The notes below the pieces were generated by a model. It saw nothing but the letters and a program-made list of their open reading frames with translations, was not told where the DNA came from and searched no databases. Below are positions 12,281 through 25,458 of a DNA stretch of 64,000 nt, one piece after another (within the stretch, counting starts at the first letter, position 1; each line of letters begins with the position of its first letter). Source of the stretch: Azolla caroliniana (lineage: Eukaryota > Plantae > Polypodiophyta). The DNA lies in NCBI GenBank assembly GCA_043228905.1, contig JBHGNT010000002.1, forward strand, positions 7,564,001 to 7,628,000, read 5' to 3'. A program made the translations under genes and the position numbers.

Positions 12281-12939
12281 ACTCGCTCTTTTTCCATCAA
12301 TGCCACGTGGGTTTGAATGGATTGTAACGCTAGTGCGAGTTCGACATTTGGGGATGTCGAGTGGCAATTTGGTCGGGTGTGGGGGTCATGTCCATACGTG
12401 GTGGTGTCGGGTGTCATTGCGTGTGGGCTTCGTTTGGACTATCGCCCATTGTGCTCGAATGTAGCATGGGGCTGCGCTCACGGCCTCGGAGGTGTGTATG
12501 CGACAATGCTTCTAGTAGGTGAAGTTTTTGTTGCACTCGGGCGAATCTGTCTTTCCTTTCTGCTAAAGCGGCTTCGATATCTCGGTGATTCTTTCCAATT
12601 GTCCTCCTTTCGCGAGTTGTACCGTCCATATATTGATTTCTTGTTCTATCACCTGTAACTCCTTTGCGGCATCCTATATGTGTCTCTCTACGCTGAGCGG
12701 GCCTACCATAGGGCTCTCTTGTAGTGGGGGCATGTTGAGAGGTGCTTTAGTTGCTGGGCTCGATGGGAGATTCATGTTTGGTAGCATCCCCGACGTTAAC
12801 CGCCCCCCGTGGTATTGAGTCGGGTTAGATGGGTTACCACCATGCATTTGGTTGGTTTGGGTGGATTCCTCCTGGCATGTGGTTCGTGTTTTGAACATCA
12901 CGGTCCATGAGGATCCGGCCATGTTCTCTTGTAAAGCTT

Positions 12940-13295
12940 TGCGGGTTCGTCGACAGATGATCTTTCGTCGAACTTTGTGGGTTCATCAAAAGATGTGGGT
13001 TCGTCGAACTTTGATCTTTCGTCGAAGGATGTGGGTTCGTCAAAGGATGTGGGTTGGTCGAACTTTGATCTTTTGTCAAAGGATGTGGGTTCGTTGAAAG
13101 ATGTGGGTTGGTCGAACCTTGATCTTTCGTCGAAGGATGTGGGTTCGTCGAACTTTGATCTTTCGTCGAAGGATGTGGATTGATTGAACTTTGATCTTTC
13201 GTCGAAGGATGTGGGTTCGTCGAAAGATGCGGGTTTGGCGAACTTTGATCTTTTGTTGAAGGATGCTTCCCTTATCGAACTCTGATCTTTCGACA
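12940..13295. repeat. 18/36-bp tandem repeat with TTCGTCGAA core (minus frame reads FDEPTS/FDERSK)
   Basis: Alternating TTCGTCGAAGGATGTGGG and TTCGTCGAACTTTGATCT units. Confidence 0.9.
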
Positions 13296-13609
13296 AACTT
13301 TGAGTGGGAAATTTGAATTTGTTGGTGCCAATGACCGTTTCGTGTCCCATAGGATGATTGTAATCAGTGAGAATCGTGGTGATTATTCTTGCCTTGCAAT
13401 GGCTAAATCTCAACAATGCTTAGCGTTAACCAGACGAATAGCTTATTAATGTCCGGGCGATTAAGGAAGGGTAAATTAAAACTAAAAAAAGAAACAGGAT
13501 AATTAACTTAATTAAAATGTGAAATAGCGAGCATAAAACAGAAATGAGTGGTTTCCTTTAGATTTCTTCCCTCGTTAAGTGGGTTTCCTGTAGAGAATCG
13601 CGCAGATAT

Positions 13610-14140
13610 TGCTCGGCCACAACTAAGTCTTGAAACACAGAAATGGGAACTAAAAGGTGAACATAGAAATGACACAGGATGTTTACGTGGAAAACCCTAA
13701 TAGGCAAAAACCACGGGAGCCCACAAACTCCGAACTATCACTATGAAGAGAGGAAATACAAAGAGGAGCCATAGAGGCAACGACCTCGTGCTCACAATCT
13801 TCGCCAGGCGGTAGTTACAACATAGAGTGCTCATAGCTACTCTCACGCTCTCTCTCACTCTCTATCTGTCTCTGTACAATAGTTACAGAAATATGATTAC
13901 CACAACATAAAGTGATTGCCCTAAGTCATATTTATACTTATATGAACTTAGGGCTATTTGCAAATATAGCCTCAATAGACTTACTCGAAACATATTTACA
14001 GATATGTCTCTCTTTCCGGTTCTCACCAGCTCTCTTCTTGTTCTCACCGGGTCTCCTCCGGTTTCCAGATCTCTTCCAGTTCTCACCGGGTCCTCTTCAT
14101 TCATCACTGGATGTCATCCAGAGGGACCTATTTCCCAACA
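13610..14140 (-). mobile_element. Solo LTR, same family as 11643-12280, in the 5' UTR of the Athila-like element
   Basis: TGCTCGGCCACAAC...TTCCCAACA ends and shared internal motifs. Confidence 0.65.
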
Positions 14141-14796
14141 TTGCCTACGAGTGTTTGACCACTCGAAATCGGCTTCAAGTGTCGGCCGTGTCCTCGGAAA
14201 CGACACCAAATAGATGTGTAGGATCTATGTATCGATGGAGTTAACTCCTCAATGTCGTTTGTGGAGTTCGAAGCGGCGTATACCCTTTTGATGGCGAATC
14301 GGGCGGAGATGGTTGTCGGACACCTCCAAGCCTCACACTCACTTAACTATTAATAGATGATTAAGCACGATATCTCTCTCACTCTCTTAGGCTCGCTCTC
14401 ATAGACAATATGATAACGAATATAGACAATAAGATTAATGAATATGTTTATTAACCCTCTTTCCTAAGAGGTGTAGCACCAACAAGGAAGAGAGATTAGT
14501 GTTCTCTAACTAAACACTTCACTAATCTCTCTTAAGCTTAAAGGTTACAAGAAGGAGGAGAAGAAGCTCTAGCTCTTAATCAATAGGGAGATCTTTACAA
14601 ATGGAAGAACCCTTAAAAAGCCACCACCATGTGGTTTATATAGCATCTACATTTAGGTTATGAACCTTTCACACTTGGATGTCTCTTCGCCCTCTTTCCT
14701 CTTGTCATTCCCTCTTTGTAGGTCCTTTAGCCATACTACGTCCTTGTTGATGTGCTCTTCTTCATTACCGGCCGTGGTGTGCTCCAAGTGCTTAAC

Positions 14797-16722
14797 AAAG
14801 CTTAAGACTGGCGTTGAACCGATTTGGTTCGAAATAATGCCTTGTGCCTCCTTTTATAGTGTTTTCAAGAGTACTCTTCTAGAATGTTCTAGAGATATCT
14901 TGAAATATACATCAATTTTCTATAGTGAAATAATAAATGAAAATAGTATTCTTCATATTACAATATATAGTCTAATGGTAAGGGCTCGACCCATGTAATA
15001 TAAGGTCATGGGTTCGAATCTTGTTATATCATGACACTATCCCCCCTTTAAAACGATGAGTGTTATGAGTCGTTCTGGATTGAGGACCCGGTTTGTCTGG
15101 ATATTGACGATGGAACTCTTTAAGAAGAGCATGAGCATTGGTCACATTCTCTATCGGTTCCCAGGTACGCTCGCTAGGGCTATATCTGAGCCAATCGATC
15201 AAATAGTAGAGCTTGTTGCGAATAATCTTGGAATCGAGGATGGCGGCAACCTTGTACTCAGGTCCATCTTCAAGTTCGATCGGAGGTGGAGGCGGTTTGA
15301 TACGACTTGGGATAGTGTTGTCCTGATAGGCTTCTAGAAGAGAACTATAAAAAATACCGGATGTATCCGTAGTTGCGGAGGTAGATCGAGACGAAAAGCG
15401 ACATCATTAATTTTTCCGATAATACGGAAAGGACACAATCGCCGATAATCCAATTTATCACATGGGCGAGTAGTCTTGATGTGTCGGCTAGATGTGTTGT
15501 CGGCTAGATGGAAGCCGATGATGATTCGCATAATCCTTGTATGTTTGTTGAGCTTGTTGTAAATGAGTAGATAAATCCACTTGTATCTTGTGTAACTAGT
15601 CCAAACGATCCTCTGCACAAGGATTTGTGGGTAACTCCAGAGTTTCGAATACACACCACCAGGGATGATAACCCGTATAAGCATAAAATGGTGTAACTTT
15701 AGTCAATGAGTGGACAGAGTTATTATACGCAAATTTGGCGAAGTGGAGAATATCCGCCCAGTCATCTTGGTGATAGCTTAGAAAACATCGAAGATAATGT
15801 TCTAACGTTTGATTTGTTCGTTCTGCTTGTAAGTCTGTTTGCGAGTGGTAGCCAGAGGAGAGGTTACAAGTGACCATGACCATTTTGAAGAGGTGATTCT
15901 AAAATTTCTTGACGAACTAGGGTCCACGGTTGCTGATGATACTATTGGGGAGGCCATGATGCCGACATACCTCATGCATGACAGTTTCAACAGTTTCTTC
16001 ACTAGTGATTTCCTTAGTACATGGAAGGGAATGGGCCATCTTCATCATCGCCTAGTTGTGAAATAATGCTACCCAAGGCGAAATCCGACACATCTGCCTC
16101 AATGATGAAAGGTTTTGTCGGATCAACATGAGCTAGAATAGGAGCTGATGTGAATGCCTTCTTAAGTCTCTCAATAGGCATGTCCGCTTCTTTAGACCAA
16201 ACAAACGACTACCCCTTCTTGTTAAGTTGTGTGAGAGGCAGAATAAGCTTTGAGTAATCCTGTATAAACTTGCGGTAAAATTTGGCAAAGCCTAAAAAGC
16301 ATTGCACATCTCGCAACAAACGTGGAGTCTGCTACTCTATCATAGTTTTGACCTTAGCTGAATCTATAGAGATGCCTTCCGAGGAGATGACATAGCCCAG
16401 AAATTCCACCTGGTTACACTCGAAACTACATTTTTCTAGTTTTGGATAAATACCATGTTCTCGAACCCATTTTAGTACTAACAGTACATGAGAATAATGC
16501 TCTTCTTAGGCCTTCAAATAAACTAGTAGATCATCCAAATAGATGATCAAACAAAAATCCAAGAGATCTTAGAATATATCATTTGCCATGTGTTGGAAGA
16601 CTCCTGGTGCATTAGTGAGACCGAATGGCATGACCGTATACTCGAAGTGCCCATATCTGGTGCGAAACGCGGTCTTCCATTCATCTCCTAGTTGGATCTG
16701 TACGAGGTTATATGCTCCTCGT
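14797..16722 (-). mobile_element. Chromovirus copy B: internally deleted RT/RH/integrase-chromodomain, PPT and partial 3' LTR
   Basis: Homologous to 48000-50850; PPT reverse complement CTATCCCCCCTTT at 15037-15049; LTR part 14797-15036. Confidence 0.88.
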
Positions 16723-16904
16723 AAGTGAAAGCCCTAAATTTTTGGACATGGTATAAATCAATATATTTTGATTCAATTTCCAAAACCCTTTATGCATGCA
16801 ATGGTCCTTTTTGTGAAATTGCCTACTTTGCGCCTTTTTTGGATGGATTGTTCTTAAATTGCGACATATTACCTATTTCAAGTGACCCGGTGTTTTATGT
16901 AGAC

Positions 16905-18453
16905 GCCTGCCTTGGAGCGTGCACCGCATACTCAGGTATGTTAGCAGCACTAAGGACTGGAGACTGTTACACCGACACGGTATAACTGAAAAGTTAGTCG
17001 GTTATACAGTTGCCGACTGGGCCGGTGATGTGTCGGATCGTCGGTCCACTTCCAGTTACATGTTTTCTTTTGGTAGCGCGGCTATTGCATGGCGTAGCAA
17101 AAAGCAGCCGATAGTGGCTCTATCTAGCAATGAGGTTGAGTATCGGGGCGCTACCGTCGCTATTTGTGAAGCCATATGGCTTCGGCGGCTGTTGCAAGAC
17201 CTTTAGATCGAAGTACCGACTCTGATCCCGATCTATTGTGACAATGAGTAGCATACAACTGGCCAAGAACCTTGTGTTCCATGCTTGCACAAAGCACATA
17301 GGAGTGCGCTACCACTTTGTGCGCGAGCGGGTCCTGAGCAATGAAGTTGAACTCCGGTATGTTCGATCGACTTGGCAGGTTGCCAACATCTTCACGCGAC
17401 AACATCTCGACATGCCGCACTTGAGTGGGAGAACCGGAACCGAAACCGAAACCGGGAGAACAAGTAGAGGCACTAGACAATCATTCGAAGAGAAGGAAAC
17501 AACCGAAATAAGGGGAGATGAAGAAAAAGGGAGTCGAGTCAACTGAAGAAGTCGGCACATCCGAAAGACTCGGAACAAACAACGACGACGGTAGAGTGAA
17601 GAAGGATAGAGCCGACCGGAAGAAGAAGGCCAAGATCCGGACATGGTTTGATGTGGTAAAGATCCTGAAACTTGAGGATGAATTGGAGACAGCCAATTCG
17701 GACAAGCGCTGGAATGAATCGGAGGCACCCAGTTCAGAAGAAGTGTTCGATTTGGAGGAGCCGAATCAACTCAAGGCCAAGCGGACAAGAAGGCAGCAGA
17801 AGTCGACACCGACACGGAGGAACTAGCGGGTCGAGAAGCGCCAAAGTCACAATAACGAAGGAGCTGAGATGGGCCTTATGAGAAAACAAGCCGACCGCGA
17901 AGGTCGAGGTGCAGAGAACCGAACGGGTCGTGGGAAGCGGGACCGGATGGGACGAGGAGCGCGAGCAAAGCGAGAGGATGCCAAGTGGAGCCGGGGGAAA
18001 GGACCGGTGAACACTGACACCATGATCCGACTTCAAGTTGAGCTTGAGGGGTAGTGTTGAGTGCATAAGCTCAACTGGATTCGGATCGGTTGAAGAAGCC
18101 GTAGCCGGATCGGTATCCGAAACGGAGAACCAGATGGGTATCTGGATCGGAGAGCCAGATCGGATTGTAACCGGTAGGCCGTTAGAAGCCTCCGATCCTA
18201 GCCTAGTACGTAGGCAAATTTCTTGGAGTGTTAGTCGCTCGTATGAGCATTGAAGTACTTGTTAGTACTTCTGTACGTCCTTTTATGCACATTAAATGTA
18301 CAAAGTATTATTTTTTAATTGAGTTTATGTTGTTCTGCTCTCACTGTCTCTCTCGTCGAAACTGTATGTTCCAAGCTCTCCATTAAATCTGTGTTTGTTT
18401 ACTGTTGCTATCTGGTGTAGCCGGTTTCATCTAGAAGCTTCCGCACACTATTT
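16905..18453 (+). mobile_element. Copia 3' fragment: RNase H, charged tail, PPT and 3' LTR (18054-18453; last bases TTACA at 29081-29085)
   Basis: ADWAGDVSDRRSTS, SKKQPIVALSS, TKHIGVRYHFVRE motifs; CTTGAGGGGTAG then TGTTGAG. Confidence 0.85.
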
Positions 18454-19561
18454 TGTTGAGATACAAGTTCAACATTGGGTGCGTAAACCCATCCGTAAAC
18501 CAATGCGTAGGCTGGGTGCGTAAACTGGGTGCACAACGAGAGGCCATAGCGGTGCGTAAACCGGGAGGCCGTTGGAAAGATATTCCGTGGAGGAATATAT
18601 TTTGGGAGTTAGTGTAGAGGCTCATTGATGAGCATTGAAGTACGTATAAGTACTTCTGTCAGTCCATATGGACTTGTATAAAAGTGCTCTTTGAGCACAT
18701 CCTATGTACACAGTTATTTTCTTGGAATAGAACTATTGTCTCTCCCTTCTTCTTCTCTCTCTGTTTTCTGTGTTTCACCGAACTATCATATTTCCGAACT
18801 TTGTACTTTGTGTCTTTTACACACACGCTTCTGCATGTATTCCTTTACATGGTATCAGAGCGCGAGGGTAGAGACTCCTCTGTAGCCGATAGAAAAGCAA
18901 GCAATAAAGACAAAGTCAAGTGTTTTCGATTTTGGAAAAGATATGACAACAATAAGGACAGAGGAATACGAAGCTCGTTACCGACTGAGAAGCTCGATGG
19001 GAGCAACTGCGCATCTTGGTCTTACAAGATGCACCAATACTTGCTCGGTCATGGTTACTGGAGTTATGTTGATGGAGCTAATGACACAACACGAATCGAC
19101 ACACAGAGATTTCCCGGCCTAGGAACAGGCGGCACGCAGAGTTCTCTACTGTTTGGCATCCTATGTCAATGATCAGCTTCTAAGCTACATTCGGGATGCG
19201 AAGACGCCAAAGGATGCTTGGGGAAATCTGAAAAAGATTTTCGCCGCGAGCACCACAACCACAAAGCTCCAACTTAGGCAAGAGTTGAGCAATGTTCGAC
19301 AATGAGATATGTCGATGGCTAACTACACCTCCAAGATTAAGGACATAGGGAGAGCAAGTGTTGTCGAAGAAACGTATCGATTTAGAGAAAACCGCATCCG
19401 GATCGGGGCAGGCCGAACAAGGAAATCAACAGTGATCGCACTACATCGAGGGCTCCAAACGAGCCGAAAATGGATCGGGCCCAGCCTTCATAATGAAGCA
19501 CAAGGCCAATTCGATGGCGGGGAACACCTCGAAACCGAACAAGGTGTGGTATGTTGACTCT

Positions 19562-22500
19562 TGTTGAGAGACTAGCTCAACATCGGCCGGATCGGCTGAG
19601 CAAGCCGAGGACCGGATCGGTTGGGACCGATCGGTTAAGACGGACCGGTGCGTAAAACGGATGCGTAAACCGGTGCGTAACGAGAGGCCGTATCGGTGCG
19701 TAAACCGAAAGGCCGTTAGAGAGATATTCCTCGTAAAGGAATAATTTTGGGAGTGAGTGTCGATGCTCACTTATGAGCAGTCAAGTACTGTCAGTACTTG
19801 TGTCAACCCGATTGTTAGGGCTTGTATAAAAGTGCTCACTGAGCACATCCTATGTATAGATCGAGTATTATTCTTGAATTAGGTTCTTGTGTTTACTCTC
19901 TCTCTATCTCTCCCATGCGTACTGTGCAAACCTAAGCTTTCCATTAAACTTGTGTTTTCTATTGTTTGGTTTCCTATATTGCTTCCGCATGCCATTCTTT
20001 TCATGGTATCAGAGCAGTAAGAAGCAGCCAACAGTTGCACTATCGAGCACCGAAGTTGAGTACCAAGGAGCGGTTGTCACGACATGCGAAGCCATATGGT
20101 TGAAGCGGCTACTTAAGGACCTGCAAGAGGAGGTGTCTAATCCGACGACGATCTACTTCGACAACCTCAACAGCATCCAGCTCACGAAGAACCCCGTTTT
20201 CCACGCACGGACTAAGCACATTGAGGTGCACTACCATTTCGTTCGTGACCGTGTTCTCTCCAGTGAAGTCGAACTTCAATATGTTCCGACGGATCAGCAG
20301 ACCGCCGACATCTTCACCAAGCCTCTTGGACTGGACAAGTTGCGGCAATTCTCGGGTGCGCTTGGGTTGCGTCACCCCCACGTGCCGATCTTGAGGGGGA
20401 GAGAAGACCGCGACGCTGAGTCGGATGACGAATTCGACTTCGAATCGGCTGAAGAAGCCGAGGGCAGATCCGCGGAAGAGTCCAAAAGTGAACATAAGGG
20501 GAGCAACCGAAAGAAAGAGCCGGAGCCAACCAAGCATGGGGGAGATGATGCCATCAAGGGCGAGAAGACTGAAGACGAGTTGGAGACAACCAACTCGGAT
20601 GAGAGCGAAAACCAATCGGAGGTAGTCGAGTCGGTTTAGATGTTTGATTCAGATACACTGAATCAACCGAGGGCCAAGCGGAAAAGAAGGCAGCAGGAGA
20701 AGCGCCAACACCGCGACAGCAAGGAAGCTGTGAAGGGCTGTGGGAGCAGACAAGCCAACTGGAAGGGTCGAAGCGCACGGAGTCGAACAGGCCGAGGAGC
20801 GCGAGCGAGGCGTGGAGCCAGGAGGAACCGGAACGGTGATCCGGAAGATCCGGAAGAGCCTCAAGTTGAAGATCCGGAAGATCCCCCTCAAGCTCTTCCG
20901 GAAGATTTCGAAGATCTTGAGGGGGAGTGTTGAGACATCGACTGGATCGGCTGAGCAAGCCGAGGACTGCAACGGTTGGAACCGATCGGTTAGGCCGGAC
21001 CGGTGCGTAAAACGGATGCGTAAACCGGTACGCAAACCGGTGCGTAATGAGAGGCCGTATCGATGCGTAAACCGAAAGGCCGTTAGAGAGATATTCCCCG
21101 TAAAGGAATAATTTTGGGAATGAGTGTCGATGCTCACTTATGAGCAGTCAAGTAATGTCAGTACTTGTGTCAGCCTGATTGTCAGGGCTTGTATAAAAGT
21201 GCTCACTGAGCATGTTGTCCGCCGGAATAGTAACCGACGGACAAGAGCATAGGAATAAGAAATAATATAAGATCATAACGCATGTAACGGTTCACGCAGG
21301 AAGCGTGAACGGCTAAATAGACCCTGCGTATATAAAGGGAAAAAAACCTCTGATAAAGGGAGGGTGTATTTTGGAATGTAAAGAAGCGTATCGTAATATA
21401 ATTCTATCTTCTCTGAAAACCTATGTATAGCTACGGCTAATCTACTGTGTGTCTGGAACCTCTGAGAGCGTAAAAACGTGAGTGTAACCACTGTTAAGGA
21501 GTCGGTTGTTACCATCTCCCTTATACGCTGCTAGGTTACGGGAAACATTCCCCTACGTATTACGCATAGACGCCACCATTCGTTGTTTCACAATCACTTG
21601 CAGGTCTAGGTTGAAGGACTGACCGCAGACTGTGTTCCTAATCAGTAACACTTTTGGCATGCCTGGTGATCTGTGTCTTCTCACAGACGAACAATGACAA
21701 ATGGATGTTTAGCCGCAGACGCCCCAGAGAACCAACACAACAAGACCGGCCAATCACAAGGTCCATCACACGCCAGGTAGAGGAACGCGCACGGCAAAAG
21801 CCTCGCCTCAGCGACCTCAGTACTACCTGTCGTGATTACAAAGGTGATTCTTCGCTCTCCAAATACCTCGACGACACGCGGGGAGCACGCTCACCACAGC
21901 CACACTGTGGTCTTTCTCAACCCGCTGTAGCCCCCTGCATGGCCTTTGCCTATCCCCGCTTTAACGGTGAAACCGACGCTGCAACCCATATTCGCATGTT
22001 CCTCAATGTCTGGAATGCGAACCACATGGCGCAGAGCCTTTCGGAGGCGGTAGCGCACCAGTCGAAAATGACGGAGTTCGGATTAACATTGGATGGGCGA
22101 GCGGCATTTTGGCATTCACAGATGGATTTACCAGCAATCACAACCTTCGATCAGATGCGGTCCGCTTTCTTGCGGTTCTTCCATCGGAGGGTTCCACAAC
22201 GCGAAATACTCAGACAGTTCTACACGATCAAGCAACTGCCGACCGAGACGATCACAAACTGCGAAAACTAGAACGGAGCCCCGTGGAGGACGAGGCTCGA
22301 GAGACATTTCTGGCAGCATTACACTGACCCATACGGGCAACGCTCAACAACAATAGTGTGAAAGGGGAAATGATGGATATGGTCATTGAACAAGCGTTAC
22401 AGCTTGAGTTGGACGAGGAGGAGGAAAGGTTTGCTATGTCCTCCTTACGACAAGCGTTACCTCAGGATGAGGAACACCAGTTTCGTCAAGCAATCCAGTG

Positions 22501-25458
22501 CACGATTTGCTTGAACTCGGGGCATTCCGCAGTGGAGTGCAACATGCGAATCCACGGCCCAATCTGCCACTCGAAGGCTCACACAATCGACCAATGCGAA
22601 TACAATATGTTGAACAGAGCTGCTCCCACAGTACGCAGCATGGACACACAACGTCCCCCACGCCGTACTGAACAAAGGAGGCAAGAAGACTGACCACGGT
22701 ATGTGGATCACAACCCACGTGATGACTGGAACCACCGGAATCGCCGAAATCCCAACGAGTCCGAGGAAGACGAACCAGAGGATGAGGAGTATCGTGGACC
22801 TCTAAGTTATGCTAAAGGGGGCCGGCGCTATGAGAATCATCGGCCGACAAACAAACGTGGCGGCTTCAATGGTTATCGTGGGAAGCCGCGACAATATCGA
22901 GGTCACCGGCGTTACGACGAAAGCTTGGGGGATGAGCGACACCAAGAACCATGCCGGGACCAACAACAACCACCGCGTGCGTTCCGACAAACAAGGTCGG
23001 ACCGTGAGGAGCAAGTTGCACCAGGGGATCAGCACACACCACCAGGAGCCGAGAAGATATAAATATGTTGGCTGGGCTGGAGGATGCAGAATTAGAGGCA
23101 TACCTAGATGAGCACCCTCAGATCATTCCGTTGTTCGAAATCGATGTCATCGCAACCACGACAGAATATGCCCAGGCCACTATTCTCCACGACGAGGATT
23201 ACAAACCAAACCTAGAGTCCATATTTGAACTCAGCAGAGCACGGGTGGCATTCGAAAGGGAAATGGAAATTTCACGACGAGTCACCGCCTCCGCCCTGGA
23301 AGAAGTAAATGTGGGTACGGAGTTGAAACCCTGTTTCCTCTCCATCGCAAAGGAATTAAGGCCGAACCAGAGAAACACGATGGTCACACTACTCAAGAAA
23401 TATAAAGACGTGTTCTCCTGGGCTCACGAGGACATGAAGGGGTTAGATCCTAAGTTCTATCAACATAAGATCAATTTAGCAACCGACGCAAAACCCGTCC
23501 AGTAGCACTGCTACCGCATTAACCCAAACTACGCGACCCGCGTAAAAGAAGAAATTGACAAACTCCTAAAGGCAAGGTTCATACGGCCAGTTAAACAAGC
23601 CACATGGTTAAGTCTAATAGTGGTCATTCCAAAGAAAAACGGCAAAATACGGGTATGTGTGGATTACCGAAAATTAAACGTCGTAACCATTACAGACGCA
23701 TTCCCTTTACCATTCACCGATAGTGTATTGGACGTCGTCGCAGGACATGAGATGTACAGTTTTTTAGATGGCTTCAGTGGGTATAACTAGGTACGCATCC
23801 ATCCCGAGGACCAAGAGAAGACGACATTTGTCACGGACTAGGGAATCTATGTGGTAGTCGTCATGATGTTCGGGCTAAAGACGGCGCCGGCAACATTTCA
23901 ACGGACAATTACGGATATCTTTGGGGAATACGTTCCGGCGTTCATGCAAGTCTTTTTAGACGACTTTGCGGTATATGGGAGAACAATAGACCATTTTATG
24001 CACCTGCAACTGTGCCTGGAATGTTGTCGCACCGCACGCTTAAGCTTGAATCCTACGAAATGTGCTTTCGGCGTGACCAACGGTACCCTCCTAGGCCATA
24101 TAGTCAGCAAAGAGGGAATAGCGGTCGATCCGAACAAGATCTCCACGATTACGCAAGCCAAAACTCCAACAAACGCGAAATCACTCAGCCGGTTTTTAGG
24201 ACAAATACGGTGGCATAGTCGGATGATACGATATTTGGCGGACTTTGCCATGCCGTTACATGCTGCCATGCATCAGACTCCCTTCCAATGGACCGCAACG
24301 GAGGACAAGGCCTATGAGGCACTTAAGATAATGCTCACACAGGCCCCCATCATACAACCACCAGTTTGGGCGAAGCCATTCCACGTGTTTGTCGACGCCT
24401 CAGACATAGCAATAGGAAGTGCGCTAATGCAGCTCACCGAACCAAACTAGTACCGGCCAGTGTACTATGCTAGTCGCAAATTATCAACAACAGAGCGGGA
24501 GGCGCTAGGGATGATCTATAGCATCAATAAATTTCGGCATTATTTACTAGGGAGGAAATTTACGTTCCACGTGGATCATTTGGCGCTGCTGTATTTGGTG
24601 GAGAAACAAGCCCTGACGGGGAAATTGGCGTGATGGATGTTGCTTCAAGAATTTGATTTTGTAATTCAGCACCGATCAGGGACGCAACACGCAGTGGCAG
24701 ATTTTTTGAGCAGACTCGAGAATGGAGAAACAGTACAGAAGGACGACGACGATTTTCCGGACGCCGACATCTTGCGGGTAGCAGCATTGGCAGAAAGAAT
24801 GGAATCGACCTTTCCGGACCGGTGGCTTATGGAAATGACATACTTTTTGACTACGGGACTACCTCCACCACAATTACGCACGGACGAGAAGAAACGGTTA
24901 GCCGTCCGAAGCCGTAACTTCTGCCTCGTAGAAGGAGTTTTATATCACAAAGGAAGTGACGGCATTTGGCAATGTGGGGTACGTCGGGATGAGAAAGAAG
25001 CAGTTTTACGGGAGGCGCACTGCAACACGGCAAGCGACCATTACGCGGGCGATGTTACAGCCCAGAAAATATGGTAGGTGGGCCTATAGTGGCTGACAAC
25101 GCAGAAGGACGCATCCGAGTATTGCAGAAAGTGTGATTTGTGTCAACGGATGGGCCAACCCACGGAGGGCGCAAGGATGCCACACCAGCCCGTATTACCA
25201 CTAGACCCCTTCCAAAAGTGGGGATTGGATTTTGTGGGTACCTTCACACCGGCGGCAGCCCGTACGGGCAATAAATACATATTGGTAGCCACGGATTATT
25301 GCACCTATGTACAGATCGAGTATTATTCTTGAATTAGGTTCTTGTGTTAACTCTCTCTCTATCTCTCACGTGCGTACTGTGCAAACCTAAGCTTTCCATT
25401 AAACCTGCGTTTTCTGTTGTTTGGTTTCCTATATTGCTTCCGCGTGCCATTCTTTTCA
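19562..25458 (+). mobile_element. Non-autonomous mini-Copia (LTR-PBS-RNase H tail-PPT-LTR) inserted in the host element's protease motif
   Basis: LTRs 19562-20003 and 20928-21212 + ~25303-25458; TSD ACTCT/ACTCC; PBS joined directly to SKKQPTVALSS codons. Confidence 0.88.
21213..25302 (+). mobile_element. Non-chromovirus Ty3/Gypsy (Tat/Athila-like), 3'-truncated, nested in the mini-Copia 3' LTR
   Basis: LTR ~21213-21650 (TG...CA); PBS-like TGGCATGCCTGGTG; gag with two knuckles; RT (FLDDF), RH (VDASDIAIG) and integrase ending at VATDYCT. No protease seen. Confidence 0.87.

Larger units (their letters stand above)
3450..14796 (-). mobile_element. Large degenerate non-chromovirus Ty3/Gypsy element (Athila-like); 3' LTR not seen in window
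   Basis: Order: 5' LTR (~14215-14796, TGTTAAG start), tRNA-Asp-like PBS 14192-14208, gag 9909-11563, protease ~9400-9720, RT 8013-8606 (YVDD), RNase H ~7450-7967, integrase ~6090-7439 with GPY, then a long 3' region. Confidence 0.85.
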
